NCBI GenBank assembly: GCA_963717465.1
Contig: OY970340.1
Location: 928,001 to 992,000 of the forward strand
DNA: 64,000 bases
Reading direction: 5' to 3'
DNA from: Candidatus Bathyarchaeota archaeon
GTDB taxonomy: Archaea > Thermoproteota > Bathyarchaeia > Bathyarchaeales > Bathycorpusculaceae
Below, in pieces: positions 42,529 to 53,413 of the stretch. Numbering within the stretch: the stretch's first letter is position 1; every line of letters starts with the position of its first letter. A program made the translations under genes and the position numbers. Below the pieces are notes generated by a model. The model did not search any database. It worked only from the letters and a program-made list of their open reading frames with translations, and was not told where the DNA came from.

Positions 42529-43797
42529 ATGAAGCTAGAAGACTTTTACTTTAAGTTGCCGTTGTTAAAAACGGATCCAATAATCGATGATAGTACACTC
42601 AGAGATGGTATTCAAATGCCTGGTTTAGCTGCAAGGCCAAAGGACTCAGCGAAAATAGCTAAGTACCTCAGCGAAATCGGCGTTGAACGCATCGAATTAT
42701 TCCATTATCAGGAACCAGATAAGAAAGCTGCTAAACTCATCCATGACTTGAACCTTGATTTAAGGGTTGCAGGATGGTGTCGAGCCGTTAAAGAGGATAT
42801 TGACAGTGCAGTAAAATGCGGCTTCAAAGAGGTCGGTATTTCTCATCCAGTTTCTGACTTGCACTTTAAGGCTAAATGGCCTGAAAAAACCCTTGATCAG
42901 ATAATGGATAATGTGATAGACGTAACTGAGTATGCAGCTAAAACTTGCGGATTAAGAACTTTTGTCCATGGAGAAGATAGTACTCGTGCTGACTGGAACT
43001 TTGAGAAGCGTTTCATTAATGAGGTTGCTAAGGCGGGTGCGGAATGCTACCGAATCTGCGATACTGTTGGAATCGGGTTATCCGATCCAAATGCAGAATT
43101 GCCCAATGGTATCCCCGCAAAAGTAAAGGCAATAAAGAAAGAAACTAAAATAAAAGCCATAGAAATTCATGCTCACGATGATTTTGGGAACGCTGTTGAA
43201 AACACGCTAGCAGCGATAAAGACCGCTTCAGGATTGTACGATAAAGTCTATGCAAGCACAACTTATCTGGGCATTGGTGAAAGAGCTGGAAACGCTGAAA
43301 CAGAAAAGGTTCTTCTAAACTTGTATTTGCACCATTCTATCAGAAAATTCGAGGGCAAAACTCACCGTCTTAAGCAAACAGCCGATTATATTGGCAAAGC
43401 CACGGGTTATGTTGTTCCTCCTAACAAGGCGATTGTTGGCGATTACGGTTTCGCGCATGAATCAGGCATTCACACTCACGGTGTATTGAATGATCCATGG
43501 ACTTACGAGCCTTATCCGCCTGAACTGGTGGGCAACAATAGACGCTTAACCATCGGCAAACAATCGGGAAAAGGCATAGTTAAACACAAAATAAAGGAGC
43601 TAACGCACGAGGTTCCAGACGATAAAATCGTGGCGTCAGTTCTGGAAAAAGTTAAGGAAATGTACGCAAACGGTAGAAGAGCTTCGCTTAAAGAAGAAGA
43701 ATTCAAAAAAATCCTAAAAGCAATGAAAGTACTAACTGAAAACAATGGCGCACCAATGAGACATAACAACTTTGTTTTCAAGTTTTTGCGGGTTTGA
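42529..43797 (+). CDS. LeuA/homocitrate-synthase (DRE-TIM) family acyltransferase
   Basis: DSTLRDGIQMPG, ICDTVG, HAHDDFG, GIGERAGNA, FAHESGIH. Confidence 0.85.
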   Translation: MKLEDFYFKLPLLKTDPIIDDSTLRDGIQMPGLAARPKDSAKIAKYLSEIGVERIELFHYQEPDKKAAKLIHDLNLDLRVAGWCRAVKEDIDSAVKCGFKEVGISHPVSDLHFKAKWPEKTLDQIMDNVIDVTEYAAKTCGLRTFVHGEDSTRADWNFEKRFINEVAKAGAECYRICDTVGIGLSDPNAELPNGIPAKVKAIKKETKIKAIEIHAHDDFGNAVENTLAAIKTASGLYDKVYASTTYLGIGERAGNAETEKVLLNLYLHHSIRKFEGKTHRLKQTADYIGKATGYVVPPNKAIVGDYGFAHESGIHTHGVLNDPWTYEPYPPELVGNNRRLTIGKQSGKGIVKHKIKELTHEVPDDKIVASVLEKVKEMYANGRRASLKEEEFKKILKAMKVLTENNGAPMRHNNFVFKFLRV

Positions 43798-44620
43798 ATG
43801 GTCTAGCAACCTGATTTATTGGTTGACCTACCACTTGCGCTTCGATGCTTCCTAAGCCTTTTTCGCTTGCTAGTCGGATATGTTTTACTTCGTTAGGGTT
43901 AAATCCCATTACTCTGCAGGCAGTTGCATCTGTTGCAACGACATCTGTTCCCGCAATAATCAAATCCATTTTTACCGGTGTGCCATCCGTTGGTCCTTTT
44001 CCTTCCATGGCTACAAAGCCGTCTATCACGGTTAATGTGGGTTTTAGAACCGTGTTGATGTCGACTACAACGTCGCTTATTCCTCTTGCATGGTATTTTC
44101 CCTTAAATTTATCGGGTAATAGTCCGAACATGTTCTTCATCCCTAAAGTCACTTTTGTAGCCATGTGAGTTTTAAGTTTAGCAGCACTTATAATCGCTGA
44201 TTCAGTGACTAATCGCGGCACAGTAATATCTTTGAGTGTTTCCCCGTTTGGAATTTGCAGTTTAACTTTATCTTTTACATGTCGCAGGTTCAAATATTCT
44301 ACTTTGTTGCGAGTACACATCTCTTTCATTCCGGTGGCTACGAAGGCTTTGTCAGCGTTAGTCATGGTTGCGTCAGATTCTACAACAAAAATATCCTTAA
44401 TCGCCAGGTCTTTCAGCTTCATGATGATGGCTTCAACCACGATAGGATCCGTGGTGGCTCCTGTATCCCAAGTTTTAGTGGTGATAAAATTTACTTTGAT
44501 TAATGCTTTATTGTAGCCGGTTAAGGCTTTCTTGTAATTGATTAGGTCGAGGGCTTCGAAAACTGGTTGATGCCCTCGTTCACCTTTAACGATTGCCACA
44601 CAAGGTAAGATATTTCCCAT
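43778..44620 (-). CDS. DUF362 family protein
   Basis: LIKVN, TTDP, KLKTH..VTLGMKNMFG, IDG..AMEG.GP..G, D.VATDA. Confidence 0.85.
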   Translation of the reverse strand: MGNILPCVAIVKGERGHQPVFEALDLINYKKALTGYNKALIKVNFITTKTWDTGATTDPIVVEAIIMKLKDLAIKDIFVVESDATMTNADKAFVATGMKEMCTRNKVEYLNLRHVKDKVKLQIPNGETLKDITVPRLVTESAIISAAKLKTHMATKVTLGMKNMFGLLPDKFKGKYHARGISDVVVDINTVLKPTLTVIDGFVAMEGKGPTDGTPVKMDLIIAGTDVVATDATACRVMGFNPNEVKHIRLASEKGLGSIEAQVVGQPINQVARPFKPAKT

Positions 44621-44656
44621 AAGAATGGAATAATCAACCAGTTATAAATAATTTCA

Positions 44657-45325
44657 CTATCTTATCATCGTGCAAATGGCGGTTTGCCCATTTAAAACAG
44701 CTTCAATTCTTTCAGGATGCAAACCATTAACAACACAACACTCAATTCCGCTTTTCAAAAGAATTTTAGGCAGATGCTTATCAACACTTGTCCGCTTACC
44801 CAAACTCAAAAGCTGTTCCGCAGTTAATTCGTGGATCAATTCTACTTGTTTGCTCTTCTTTGGATCTTTATCGTACACGCCATCGACATCCGTTATCAAT
44901 AGGACTCTTCTCGTATTCAATTTTTTTGCAATATGGACTGCAATAGAATCAGAAGTAACATCCCAAGAATTCTCTAAATCGTCATCATCAAAAACCATCA
45001 TAGAAGGAAGCAAAATGGATAATTTGCCCGATTCCAGAATAACTTTCACGGATTCTAAGCTGTCTGCAGGTCTTGAATTATGAATTAAGTCTGTGAGCAA
45101 TAAGCCATATTGATCCATGCCTAAAATCGCCATTCTATGCGACGTTTGGTTCGAAAGAGCGAAAGTTTTATCCATTTTTCTTACAACATCTGCGAATTCT
45201 CCACCGCCAGGAATTATTATCATTGCGTGTTTTTCTGCTAATTCGCTTAGCTTAAGGCTTAGCTGGCGTAATTTTTTTGGTTTAAGCGTTAGACTGCCGC
45301 CCACTTTAACAACTGTTATTTCCAT
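44657..45325 (-). CDS. mfnE: Amino-acid-kinase family, 5-(aminomethyl)-3-furanmethanol phosphate kinase
   Basis: VKVGGSL, PGGGEFADVVR, H.MAI.GMDQYG, SWDVTSDSIA, TDVDG; cluster context. Confidence 0.85.
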   Translation of the reverse strand: MEITVVKVGGSLTLKPKKLRQLSLKLSELAEKHAMIIIPGGGEFADVVRKMDKTFALSNQTSHRMAILGMDQYGLLLTDLIHNSRPADSLESVKVILESGKLSILLPSMMVFDDDDLENSWDVTSDSIAVHIAKKLNTRRVLLITDVDGVYDKDPKKSKQVELIHELTAEQLLSLGKRTSVDKHLPKILLKSGIECCVVNGLHPERIEAVLNGQTAICTMIR

Positions 45326-46383
45326 TTGATTTTTTCTCCCGCAAGTCTATTCGCAGTCAATAGGGCAACGCCTACTGCTGGAGACGCTAAAACAGCGGTT
45401 CTATGCATTAGATCGCTTAAATCAATAATTTTGTCAACGCCGATTGATTGGGCAGCTTTTTTAGCAATGAACTCTTTGCCTAAACCAGTGATTACCACTG
45501 GAACTTTCTCGGAGGTAAGCGATTTTAATCGTGAATAAACTTGATTTAAGCCTTCAGAAACTTGATGAATTTGCATGTCAGAAATGCACTGTGCTATTTC
45601 CGTAATTTCTTGCTTTGTTAACATTTCAGTGTCGGCGCATACTACTCTGGCAAGCCTTGCCGACGTTTCTTTTCTGGTTTTTCCTCTTCCATCAGCTGTT
45701 TCGCTGATATAGTCTTTAACGGTTATGTGATTTAATATTAAGTGGGCATCGCCGCTTAACGCAAAAAGCTCTGATGAAACTCTTGCTACACAATTTTTTA
45801 TGGGAATGAAGTTGACGATTGTTGCAACGTTAGTACGCAAGCTTCCAGTATACACTAATTCTCCACACATCAGCTTAGCCAAGTCAGTTTTGCCTTTCAC
45901 TGAAACTTGCCCGTTTACGATGGGAATTATGCTGGTGCTGGTGCTTCCAACATCAACCACAACGCAATTCGTGATATGCTGAGCTACTAGCCAGCCTGTT
46001 GCTGCCCAATTTGCCGAAGCAACTTTCAATGGCTCCTTTTTGGCTTTATTTATCGATAGCAGTTCTGCATCAACGTTTAAAACATAAATGGGGACATTAC
46101 CAAAAGCCTGCTTAGCGCTCGACAGGATATGGTTGACTCCTTCACGTTTAGTTTGGTACGCGTCGGATAACTCCGCCGTCATCGTTAAGCCCACGCCGTC
46201 AAGATTTTTTCCGCAAAAACTTTTCTTAATCCTCAAAAGTGTGTCTGCAAGTTCGTCGCGTTTCTTCCAAACTGGAAAATATTTCACGGCAATTTTTGCA
46301 TCTTTAACTTTGCCTTTTTTCGTGCTTATGCATGCAACCTTAATGTTGGCGCCTCCAATATCCCAGCCCGTAACATTTACCAA
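45316..46383 (-). CDS. mfnF: Methanofuran synthase MfnF (hydantoinase A-like)
   Basis: GWDIGGANIK, TMTAELSDAY.TKREGV, SANWAAT, VDVGSTST, ELVYTG.LRT, ETADGR, RLAR.VCAD. Confidence 0.9.
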   Translation of the reverse strand: MVNVTGWDIGGANIKVACISTKKGKVKDAKIAVKYFPVWKKRDELADTLLRIKKSFCGKNLDGVGLTMTAELSDAYQTKREGVNHILSSAKQAFGNVPIYVLNVDAELLSINKAKKEPLKVASANWAATGWLVAQHITNCVVVDVGSTSTSIIPIVNGQVSVKGKTDLAKLMCGELVYTGSLRTNVATIVNFIPIKNCVARVSSELFALSGDAHLILNHITVKDYISETADGRGKTRKETSARLARVVCADTEMLTKQEITEIAQCISDMQIHQVSEGLNQVYSRLKSLTSEKVPVVITGLGKEFIAKKAAQSIGVDKIIDLSDLMHRTAVLASPAVGVALLTANRLAGEKIKWK

Positions 46384-47618
46384 TCCTGTTTTCCCCCGTT
46401 GATAATGTTGAGATAGCGCTTTTTAACTTCTTTCAGACGCGACTCTGCTTCTTCAGCCGAATCAGTCTTGGAGGCGATGAGTGCAAAGGATTTTGAATCG
46501 CAAACTGGAAACGGCGGCGAAACAACTTCATTCATATGAAAAGTCTTCAAGAGAACATCAAGCGTCGGTTTTACAGTTTCTATTTTCGAAAAACAAGCAC
46601 ACCCTTGGCATCCAATCTCTTTGGGCAACTCGCTTTTCGGAACAGCATCCAATAACGCTTGAGCAACGTTAAACTTGGCAACCCTGCTCAGACCAACGTA
46701 GGAAGTCGTTAACCTGGGATTAACATCCACAACTACAGGCTCCTTCTCTGTCAAGATTAAGTCAACCCCAAAATACCCTCTTAAGCCTGGGAAAATCCCC
46801 GCGATTTTTTCTGCTATTGCGAATGCTTCTTGTTTTTGTGGATGAACAAGCGGAACTGTTCCGCCATTATAATTTGAAACTTCATCAGAATACCCCAAAG
46901 TTATATCTTGACTGTTTAAACTCAGTGGTAACGCTTTTTTCTCTGTTGCAATTAAGCTTACGCTCACTGCTTTACCCTTAATTAGCTCTTGTATTACGAA
47001 CTGTCTGCCAGAAGATTCAACTTTTATCTTCTTTATAGCTTTAGGTATTTGAGCGTCTTTTTCGACAACGCTTAATCCTCCGCAGCTCACCCCATCCAAC
47101 GGCTTAAAAATAACCGGGTAGTCAAACATGCTTTTCATGTGTGTTTTAATTTTTTCTAAATCATCAAGAACATTGCATGTTATTGTTTGGGGTGTTGGCA
47201 CACCTGCTTTTTCTAAGGTTTCATATAGAACGGCTTTGTTGGCAACTTTTTGAATAACGCTGCTTTGGCAGTTAAGCGATGCTACGCCGGAGTGCTCAAC
47301 GGTTTCGATAATTGATTTTAATGTTTGAGCCGTTTCAGGTGCAATCACGTAAGCAGCATCAGAGGCACTGAGGGCTTTTGCGAAGGCTTCTCGCGCAAAT
47401 TGAGAAGGAGGAAACTGGTATTATGCATTCAACGTCTAATAAAGGATTAAACTGTGAAATTCTTGAGTCAAGCAAAATCGTGACTTTGTGCCCTGCACCT
47501 TTAAGGTCGGAAACTAGGGTTCTTAGCATGCCGTATCCTTCACTTAGAACACTTGGTGGAATCGGCTTTGGCCTGCAAATCCACCTCCGCTGGCGTGCTC
47601 GTAAACCAGAAGCCTCAA
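46377..47618 (-). CDS. mfnD: ATP-grasp tyramine--L-glutamate ligase, frameshifted
   Basis: Start TTG 47618 MRLLVYEHASGGG, SEGYGML, IAPET, KPLDGVSC, GYFGVD, DVNPRLTTSYVGL. Confidence 0.88.
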
Positions 47619-47666
47619 ATGCGTATTCTCCACGAATCGAAAAGGCGTCAATTGTTAAAGCTTTTT

Positions 47667-48792
47667 CTAAACTTGCAGGTCTTTCAGGAAGGCAACTGCA
47701 TTTTGTTTTCGAACATGAGGCATCACAACTATTCTTATGCAGTCTAACCGGGAATGTAAGAGATAAACCAGCCTTTACTCCGCAGTTTATCCGCTAACAG
47801 TTTTGTGTTCTCGCTTCGGAATGCTACAATATTTAAAATTGGTTTCGTTACAAGTTTGAATCCGTGGTTCTCAAGTTCAGTTGCTAAAAAATTTGTGGTT
47901 TTCATGCAGTTATCCACGATTTTCTTGAATCCCTCTTTTCCCAAGAACGTTAAGAACGGTCCATGATGCTGCAGCAGAAGCTCCTGTTCTTGTTCCAATA
48001 AACGTGTATTGGCTGTCTTCAGTCAAATAGGGCGTTTGGGTCTTTATGAATTCCAGCGTTTTGTTTTCTCTGAACAGTATGCCTCCTGCGGGAATAGTTG
48101 CCAACCCCATTTTATGCGGGTCAACTGTTATCGATTGAACGCCATCTAAACTGAAGTCAAAGCGAAATCGGGCATTTGGCAGAAATGGGATTACCAAACC
48201 GCCGAAAGCAGCGTCAACATGCAAGTATAATTTATGGTTTAAAGCGATTTCTGAGAGTTTTTCAATCGGGTCAACTACGCCAAGTTCAGGAGTGCCAGCT
48301 GAGCCTACAATGGCAACCGTGGAGTCGCTAATGCATTTTTCAACTGAGGAAGGATCAACCCTAAAAGAATCATCCAAATCTGCATAAACCGGCTTTAACT
48401 GCAGCATTTGACATATTTTCTTGAATGAGAAATGAGTTGATTCCGGCAATACAACTTCAGGTTCCTTAACATTAGCCATGTTTCGGGCAGCAAGTAAGCG
48501 CAAGCAAATTTGCTTCTGTGCCGCCTGAAACAATAAACCCGCAACCATTTTCATTGTTAAGCAGTAACGAAAGCTCTTGGATGGCTTCTTTTTCAAGTTG
48601 AATGCTTCCTTTGAAAAGCCCAGGATCACCAAGGTTTGAATCTAAGAATAGTTTATGTGCTTTCACTGCTAGCGGATGGGGTTTCGTGCACATTGAGCAA
48701 AGAATTTTGCCGTCTTTGTATTTTGAGTCTAATTTACTTATTTTCTTTAGCTTCGACATTGCTTCTTTTTCGCTTAAGCCTTTATGCCGCAA
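47667..48792 (-). CDS. mfnA: L-tyrosine decarboxylase (group II PLP), frameshifted
   Basis: ILCSMCTKPHP, NLGDPGLF.G, SGGTEAN, HVDAAFGG, DPHKMG, GTRTGA, RIVVMPHV. Confidence 0.92.
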
Positions 48793-48796
48793 ATAA

Positions 48797-49540
48797 TTAA
48801 CCCTCTACTGCACTGTCGAAAGCTTTTTTACACTTTTTATTTCTTCGACAAGCTCGATTACTTTTTCTCGCGTGATTTCCCCTTTTACTGCGATCATTGT
48901 TTTTGCATGCTGCTCCTCTTAACCCGGCAACGTCAGCGCCTAAACCGTAAACTGTTTTTAAGTTTTCTTTTTTCAGTGATCCTGCCAAGTGCTGCTTCTA
49001 AACCGTGGTCATGTGCTGATTTTATGAATTTTTTTAGCTTGAGCAATTGTTAGGAAATCAAAGAGGCTTTTGCCGTCTTTAATCGAGGTGTCAATCATTG
49101 CGATGTCGACTTTAGCTTTGGAAGCTAATTCAGGAATAAGCAAGGGGTTAATTGAGTTGGCTTTTTCATGGTCGGCGTAGCCTACGGCGACAACTTTGAT
49201 TTTGGATTGAAGTCTTTAACGGCTTTGGTTCACGCTTTCCAATAATGCTGTGGCTTGGCTGGTTTTCACATCCTTTTAGCCCAACTTTAACGTAATTTAC
49301 GCCTAATGATGCGGCTCCAAGCGCTGCCAGTGACATTGAGCCTGGGATTTCAGGTGCTTCGCCGATGGTGCAGCTTAAAAGGATGTGTTTTGGCGTGATG
49401 TCTTTGATGCGTTTGATAGTCCATGGATAACTGGCGCCTAAAGAGCCTTCCAATGGGTTTTTGACATCAATTATGTCTGCTCCGTCAGTTATGGCTTGTG
49501 CCGCTTCTGTCTCATTCATGACGCTCAATAGCAACTTCAA
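48797..49540 (-). CDS. mfnB: (5-formylfuran-3-yl)methyl phosphate synthase, frameshifted
   Basis: LLLSV....EA, GADIIDVKNP.EGSLGA..PW, YVKVGL, MIDT..KDG, LAGSL. Confidence 0.9.
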
Positions 49541-49625
49541 TAGGAATCATATTCATCCAATTGCCGTAAGTTTAAAAGTTTTACTGTGCGATAAGGATTA
49601 GGTTTTTTTAATAGGCTGAGCATGG

Positions 49626-50373
49626 TTGAAAGCGGCGTTAATCTTGAAAGTAATACCTGTAATCGACATTTTAAACGGGATAGCGGTCCATGCAGTGAGA
49701 GGAAAAAGAAAAGACTATCAACCACTGAAAAGCATACTAACAAGTTCAGTTGACCCTGTTGAGATTGCCAAAACATTTAGTCATTTGGGTTTTAGCGCCC
49801 TTTACGTGGCGGATTTAGATGCAATCATGGGTGGAAAAGCGAATTTTGAAGTTATAAAACGCATTACCCATGAAACTAACCTTGAATTGATGGTTGATTC
49901 AGGAATAACAGACAATAAAGCTATTGAGAAACTGTTAAAAATCAATGTGTCAAAAATCATCATTGGAACAGAAACATTAACCACAAAAAAATTCGTCGGG
50001 GACGCAGTTAGGCTTTATGGGGCAAACAGAATTATTGTTAGCATGGATTTTTTGGGGATGAAGTTAAGGTTAAATCTGGTTTTGATGGTCCAAAAAACTT
50101 TGAGGAGTCTTTTGTCTGATTTTGTGTCCGTTGGGGTTTTCCAGTTTATTGTTTTAGATTTGTCAAGGGTGGGCAGTGAAGAAGGCGTTAACTTGACGCT
50201 TCTAAAAAAGGCTAAGAGTAAAGATGTTAAGTTGTTTGCTGGCGGCGGGGTTAGGAGTTTTGATGATTTAGATGAGTTGAAACGGCTTGGTGTTTCAGGC
50301 GTGTTAGTAGCTACTGCTCTTGCATTCAGGTAAAATCAGAGTGGAAGATTTGAAGTTGGCAGAGATGCTTTAA
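49626..50373 (+). CDS. HisA/HisF-related TIM-barrel protein (C1-cofactor-linked), frameshifted
   Basis: IPVIDILNG.AVHAVRG.R..YQPL.S, LYVADLDAI, LDLSRVGS, AGGGVR; divergent from mfnB. Confidence 0.8.
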
Positions 50374-50386
50374 GAATATATTTTTG

Positions 50387-51110
50387 TTATTCAGCTTTGA
50401 GTAAGCATATGATTCCGCCTAACTGATTGATGCGTGTTCCAGCATTAGATTCAGCTTTAACAATTCTTGTTTTAACTTGTTTGTTTTGCGGCTATTTGTA
50501 TTAGCCTTTGAAGGCGGTTTTTGTTGCGGCTGTTTGCAAGGTAATTATCGGTAATCAGGAGGTATTCGGGTTTGGGTTTTTGGAGTGGTTGACTGTTTAA
50601 AATAATTTCTTCAGATTCTTCAAGAGAGAAACATGTTAGATTGTTGCCTGCGTTGAGGCGTTTTTCAATTATATCGAGAAGGTTTTCTGTTTCTTCAGCA
50701 GTTGTTTTTTCCACTAATTCTTTGAAAAGCGGTGTTTTTGTTAGGGTTGCAATTTGTGTTGGGGTGATTGCGGATCCAACTATTGTTGAGAAAGCGGCTT
50801 TGTTTTGTCCTTGGATTAGCCATGTGTGGTGTGTTTTTATGTGGTTTTGGAATTCTTGGGTAAAAGTTGTTTTTGATGGAGAGGCTATTATTATGCTTTT
50901 TACGCCTTCCTTTATTGTTGGTCTAATTGAGTTGATGATTGATTCGTGGAAGTTGTAGAGTGCTTTTGGGTCGTTCCTATTGCCGCCGAATGGGATTGTT
51001 TCTTTGTGCTTGGCTACTTGGCTGTAGATTCTCCATAAGGCTGCTTGAGATTGCTCGATCCCGATGAGAACTGCAATCGGGTAACCACGTTTGTAAGATT
51101 TAGGTTTCAT
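50387..51110 (-). CDS. Pelota/aRF1-like protein with only domains 2-3, frameshift near 3' end
   Basis: IIIASP, YLLITD, shifted-frame C-terminus VKTRIV.AESNAG.RINQLGGII. Confidence 0.55.
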
Positions 51111-51179
51111 TTTCTGTTTTTTATGGGTTTAATGTGTGTATATGTATTATGCTCAGCTTTTTGTTTCTGCAATAGCAAA

Positions 51180-51719
51180 TTAGAGTTTTGCTTTAAGGGA
51201 TGTTTGTAGGTTTGATGGTGGTTGTGGTTGCGGGGAAGGTGGCGGGCTTGTGAATGGTTGCCTGACCTGAATTACAATTGTTCTAGCGAAGCGGTCACTG
51301 TATTTTTGGTGCCCATCGGGTCCTGGTATCAAAACTGCAAGTAGCCAATCAATCACTAATAGAAGCCAGTAGATTTTACTAATGTTACGTATAAATGAAC
51401 TGTAAGCAGTGACCTTCTGGTCGTTTTTCATTTGAACTTCGAAACCCAATATTTTTTTGCCTATGGTTGCTCCAATAAAAACTTCCAAAACGATGAAGTA
51501 AATAACCTCCACGATTCCTATTGTCAACGGGTAAGTGAGAACGTAGAATGGGGCTCCTAACCAGAAATATCCATGAGCACCAATAAAGTATGCTGCAGCA
51601 ATTATAAATGACATTATAATGCCCACTATAATTCCAATTATCAAGGTGTCTATGACGTATGCAATTAAACGTAAGAGCCAATGATTGAAATCAATGTGTC
51701 TACTAGAGCTATCTGTCAT
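51180..51719 (-). CDS. RDD family membrane protein
   Basis: RLIAYVID, GATIGKKILG..V, RN, D.FA.T.V. Confidence 0.85.
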   Translation of the reverse strand: MTDSSSRHIDFNHWLLRLIAYVIDTLIIGIIVGIIMSFIIAAAYFIGAHGYFWLGAPFYVLTYPLTIGIVEVIYFIVLEVFIGATIGKKILGFEVQMKNDQKVTAYSSFIRNISKIYWLLLVIDWLLAVLIPGPDGHQKYSDRFARTIVIQVRQPFTSPPPSPQPQPPSNLQTSLKAKL

Positions 51720-51911
51720 GCTTAAAACACCATAAATAAACTCAGTTTACTCCGCTTATTAATGGTTACCTACAAAGCATTTGAAAACTTACTGCTGAAG
51801 GCTAATGTTCTCGTTAAAATCATGATGGCAAAGTGTTGCTGCAATAAATAATCCTTATATTCTATGGTAAACCTTGATTAAGGAATATAGAGTTCAGGAG
51901 TTTTAGGATTT

Positions 51912-52265
51912 ATGGAATTTTGCCCCGAATGTGGTTCTCGTATTGTGGCGAAAAAATCCCAAAAAGGTGCTGAAGTTGTTTTGGACTTTGTTTGTTCAAA
52001 ATGTAGCTACAAAAAGCAGCCTTCAGACAAAAAGGAGGAGCCAAAAGTGGGGAAAGTTATTCAGCATACCACTAAGCCGTCCATGACTGTTATTACCGAG
52101 GAAGACCAGAAGATTAAGACGATGCAGACGATAAGAATGAAATGCGATAAGTGCGGAAACAATTTAGTGTATGTTTGGCAAGTACAAACTCGGGGTGGAG
52201 ACGAAGCTTCAACCCAATTCATGCGATGCACAAAATGCGGTCATACTTTTCGAGAATACACATAA
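51912..52265 (+). CDS. tfs: Transcription factor S / RNA polymerase subunit M
   Basis: MEFCPECGS, CSKCSY, CDKCG, QTRGGDE..T.F.RCTKCGHTFREY. Confidence 0.92.
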   Translation: MEFCPECGSRIVAKKSQKGAEVVLDFVCSKCSYKKQPSDKKEEPKVGKVIQHTTKPSMTVITEEDQKIKTMQTIRMKCDKCGNNLVYVWQVQTRGGDEASTQFMRCTKCGHTFREYT

Positions 52266-52384
52266 AAAAATTAATCTTTAAAATGGCCTTAGACAGTAAA
52301 AGCGTGCGAACAGCTTTTCTAAGCCAAGCTAATTTTATCTAATGAGAGCAAGCGGCAGCAAGAAAAAAAGTTTTTAATATCGAA

Positions 52385-52486
52385 TTATTTTTTATTCGCT
52401 TTTTTGGCGCAGGCATCGCTGCAAAACTTTTTCTTGCTGTCAAATGTGGTAAAGGTTTTTTTGCAAACTGGGCATTTCTTTTCCAT
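52385..52486 (-). CDS. 33-aa four-cysteine metal-binding microprotein
   Basis: Manual translation MEKKCPVCKKTFTTFDSKKKFCSDACAKKANKK; purine-rich GAGGATGG upstream and TATA-like TTATAAA further upstream. Confidence 0.7.
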   Translation of the reverse strand: MEKKCPVCKKTFTTFDSKKKFCSDACAKKANKK

Positions 52487-52620
52487 GTTAAACCATCCTC
52501 TTCTTAATAGGGAATATCATATTTATAAGCCTAAAACTTTCTACGGCATCAAGCGGCAACGAACTTGAAAATCAGTTCTTAATGGATAAGTTCAAGAGAT
52601 ACAAAATTAAAGTTTTAGTC

Positions 52621-53304
52621 ATGGCAACAGTTAATAAAATGGTCAAGAAGGTCAAAGTTACAGAAAATGGTCCATACCTAGTTTCTGGCGAAATACCTGT
52701 CGCAGAGCAAATTGTTATTGCGGATAAGGATGGGACAGCTGTTGAGTGGCAAGAAGGGAAGAAGTATCCTGTTCAGAAAATTGTTTCTTTGTGTCGTTGT
52801 GGTCAATCGAACAATAAACCTTTTTGCGATGCAACCCATAAAAAAATCAACTTTAACGGTGCTGAAACAGCAAGCTTCGCTCCATGTCTTGATGGAGCAA
52901 AAGAAATTGACGGCCCCGCCTTGAAACTTGCTGATGTTGAAGATTTGTGTGCTTCAGCTTGTTTTTGTCACCGTGCAGGTGGAATCTGGAGTTTAATTCC
53001 TAAATCAAATATTCCTAAGACTAAAAAAATTGCGATTGAGGAAACCTGTGATTGCCCTTCGGGCAGGTTAAACCTTATGGACAACGAAACAAAGAAAATG
53101 ATTGAGCCAAAATTTACGCCATCAATCGGAATTATTGAAGATCCGGAAGATGGCATTAGCGGTCCGATTTGGCTGCGAGGTAGTATCCCCATTGAATCCG
53201 CCAAAGGAAAAACCTATGAAGTCAGGAACAGAGTAACTCTTTGCCGATGCGGAAAATCTAACAACAAACCTTTCTGTGATAGCAGCCATTACCCAGAAGA
53301 ATAA
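52621..53304 (+). CDS. CDGSH iron-sulfur domain protein (two CDGSH-like motifs)
   Basis: NGPYLV.G, LCRCGQSNNKPFCDATH, CPSGRL, LCRCGKSNNKPFCDSSH. Confidence 0.88.
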   Translation: MATVNKMVKKVKVTENGPYLVSGEIPVAEQIVIADKDGTAVEWQEGKKYPVQKIVSLCRCGQSNNKPFCDATHKKINFNGAETASFAPCLDGAKEIDGPALKLADVEDLCASACFCHRAGGIWSLIPKSNIPKTKKIAIEETCDCPSGRLNLMDNETKKMIEPKFTPSIGIIEDPEDGISGPIWLRGSIPIESAKGKTYEVRNRVTLCRCGKSNNKPFCDSSHYPEE

Positions 53305-53413
53305 TTTTCAGAAGAAAACCTTCAACTCATCATCTTTGCATCAGTTCATTTTGAGGGTTTTTCTGGAAGACTTTAAAAATTTCCAGTTTATCCCTTATTG
53401 ACGGGGAAAATGC

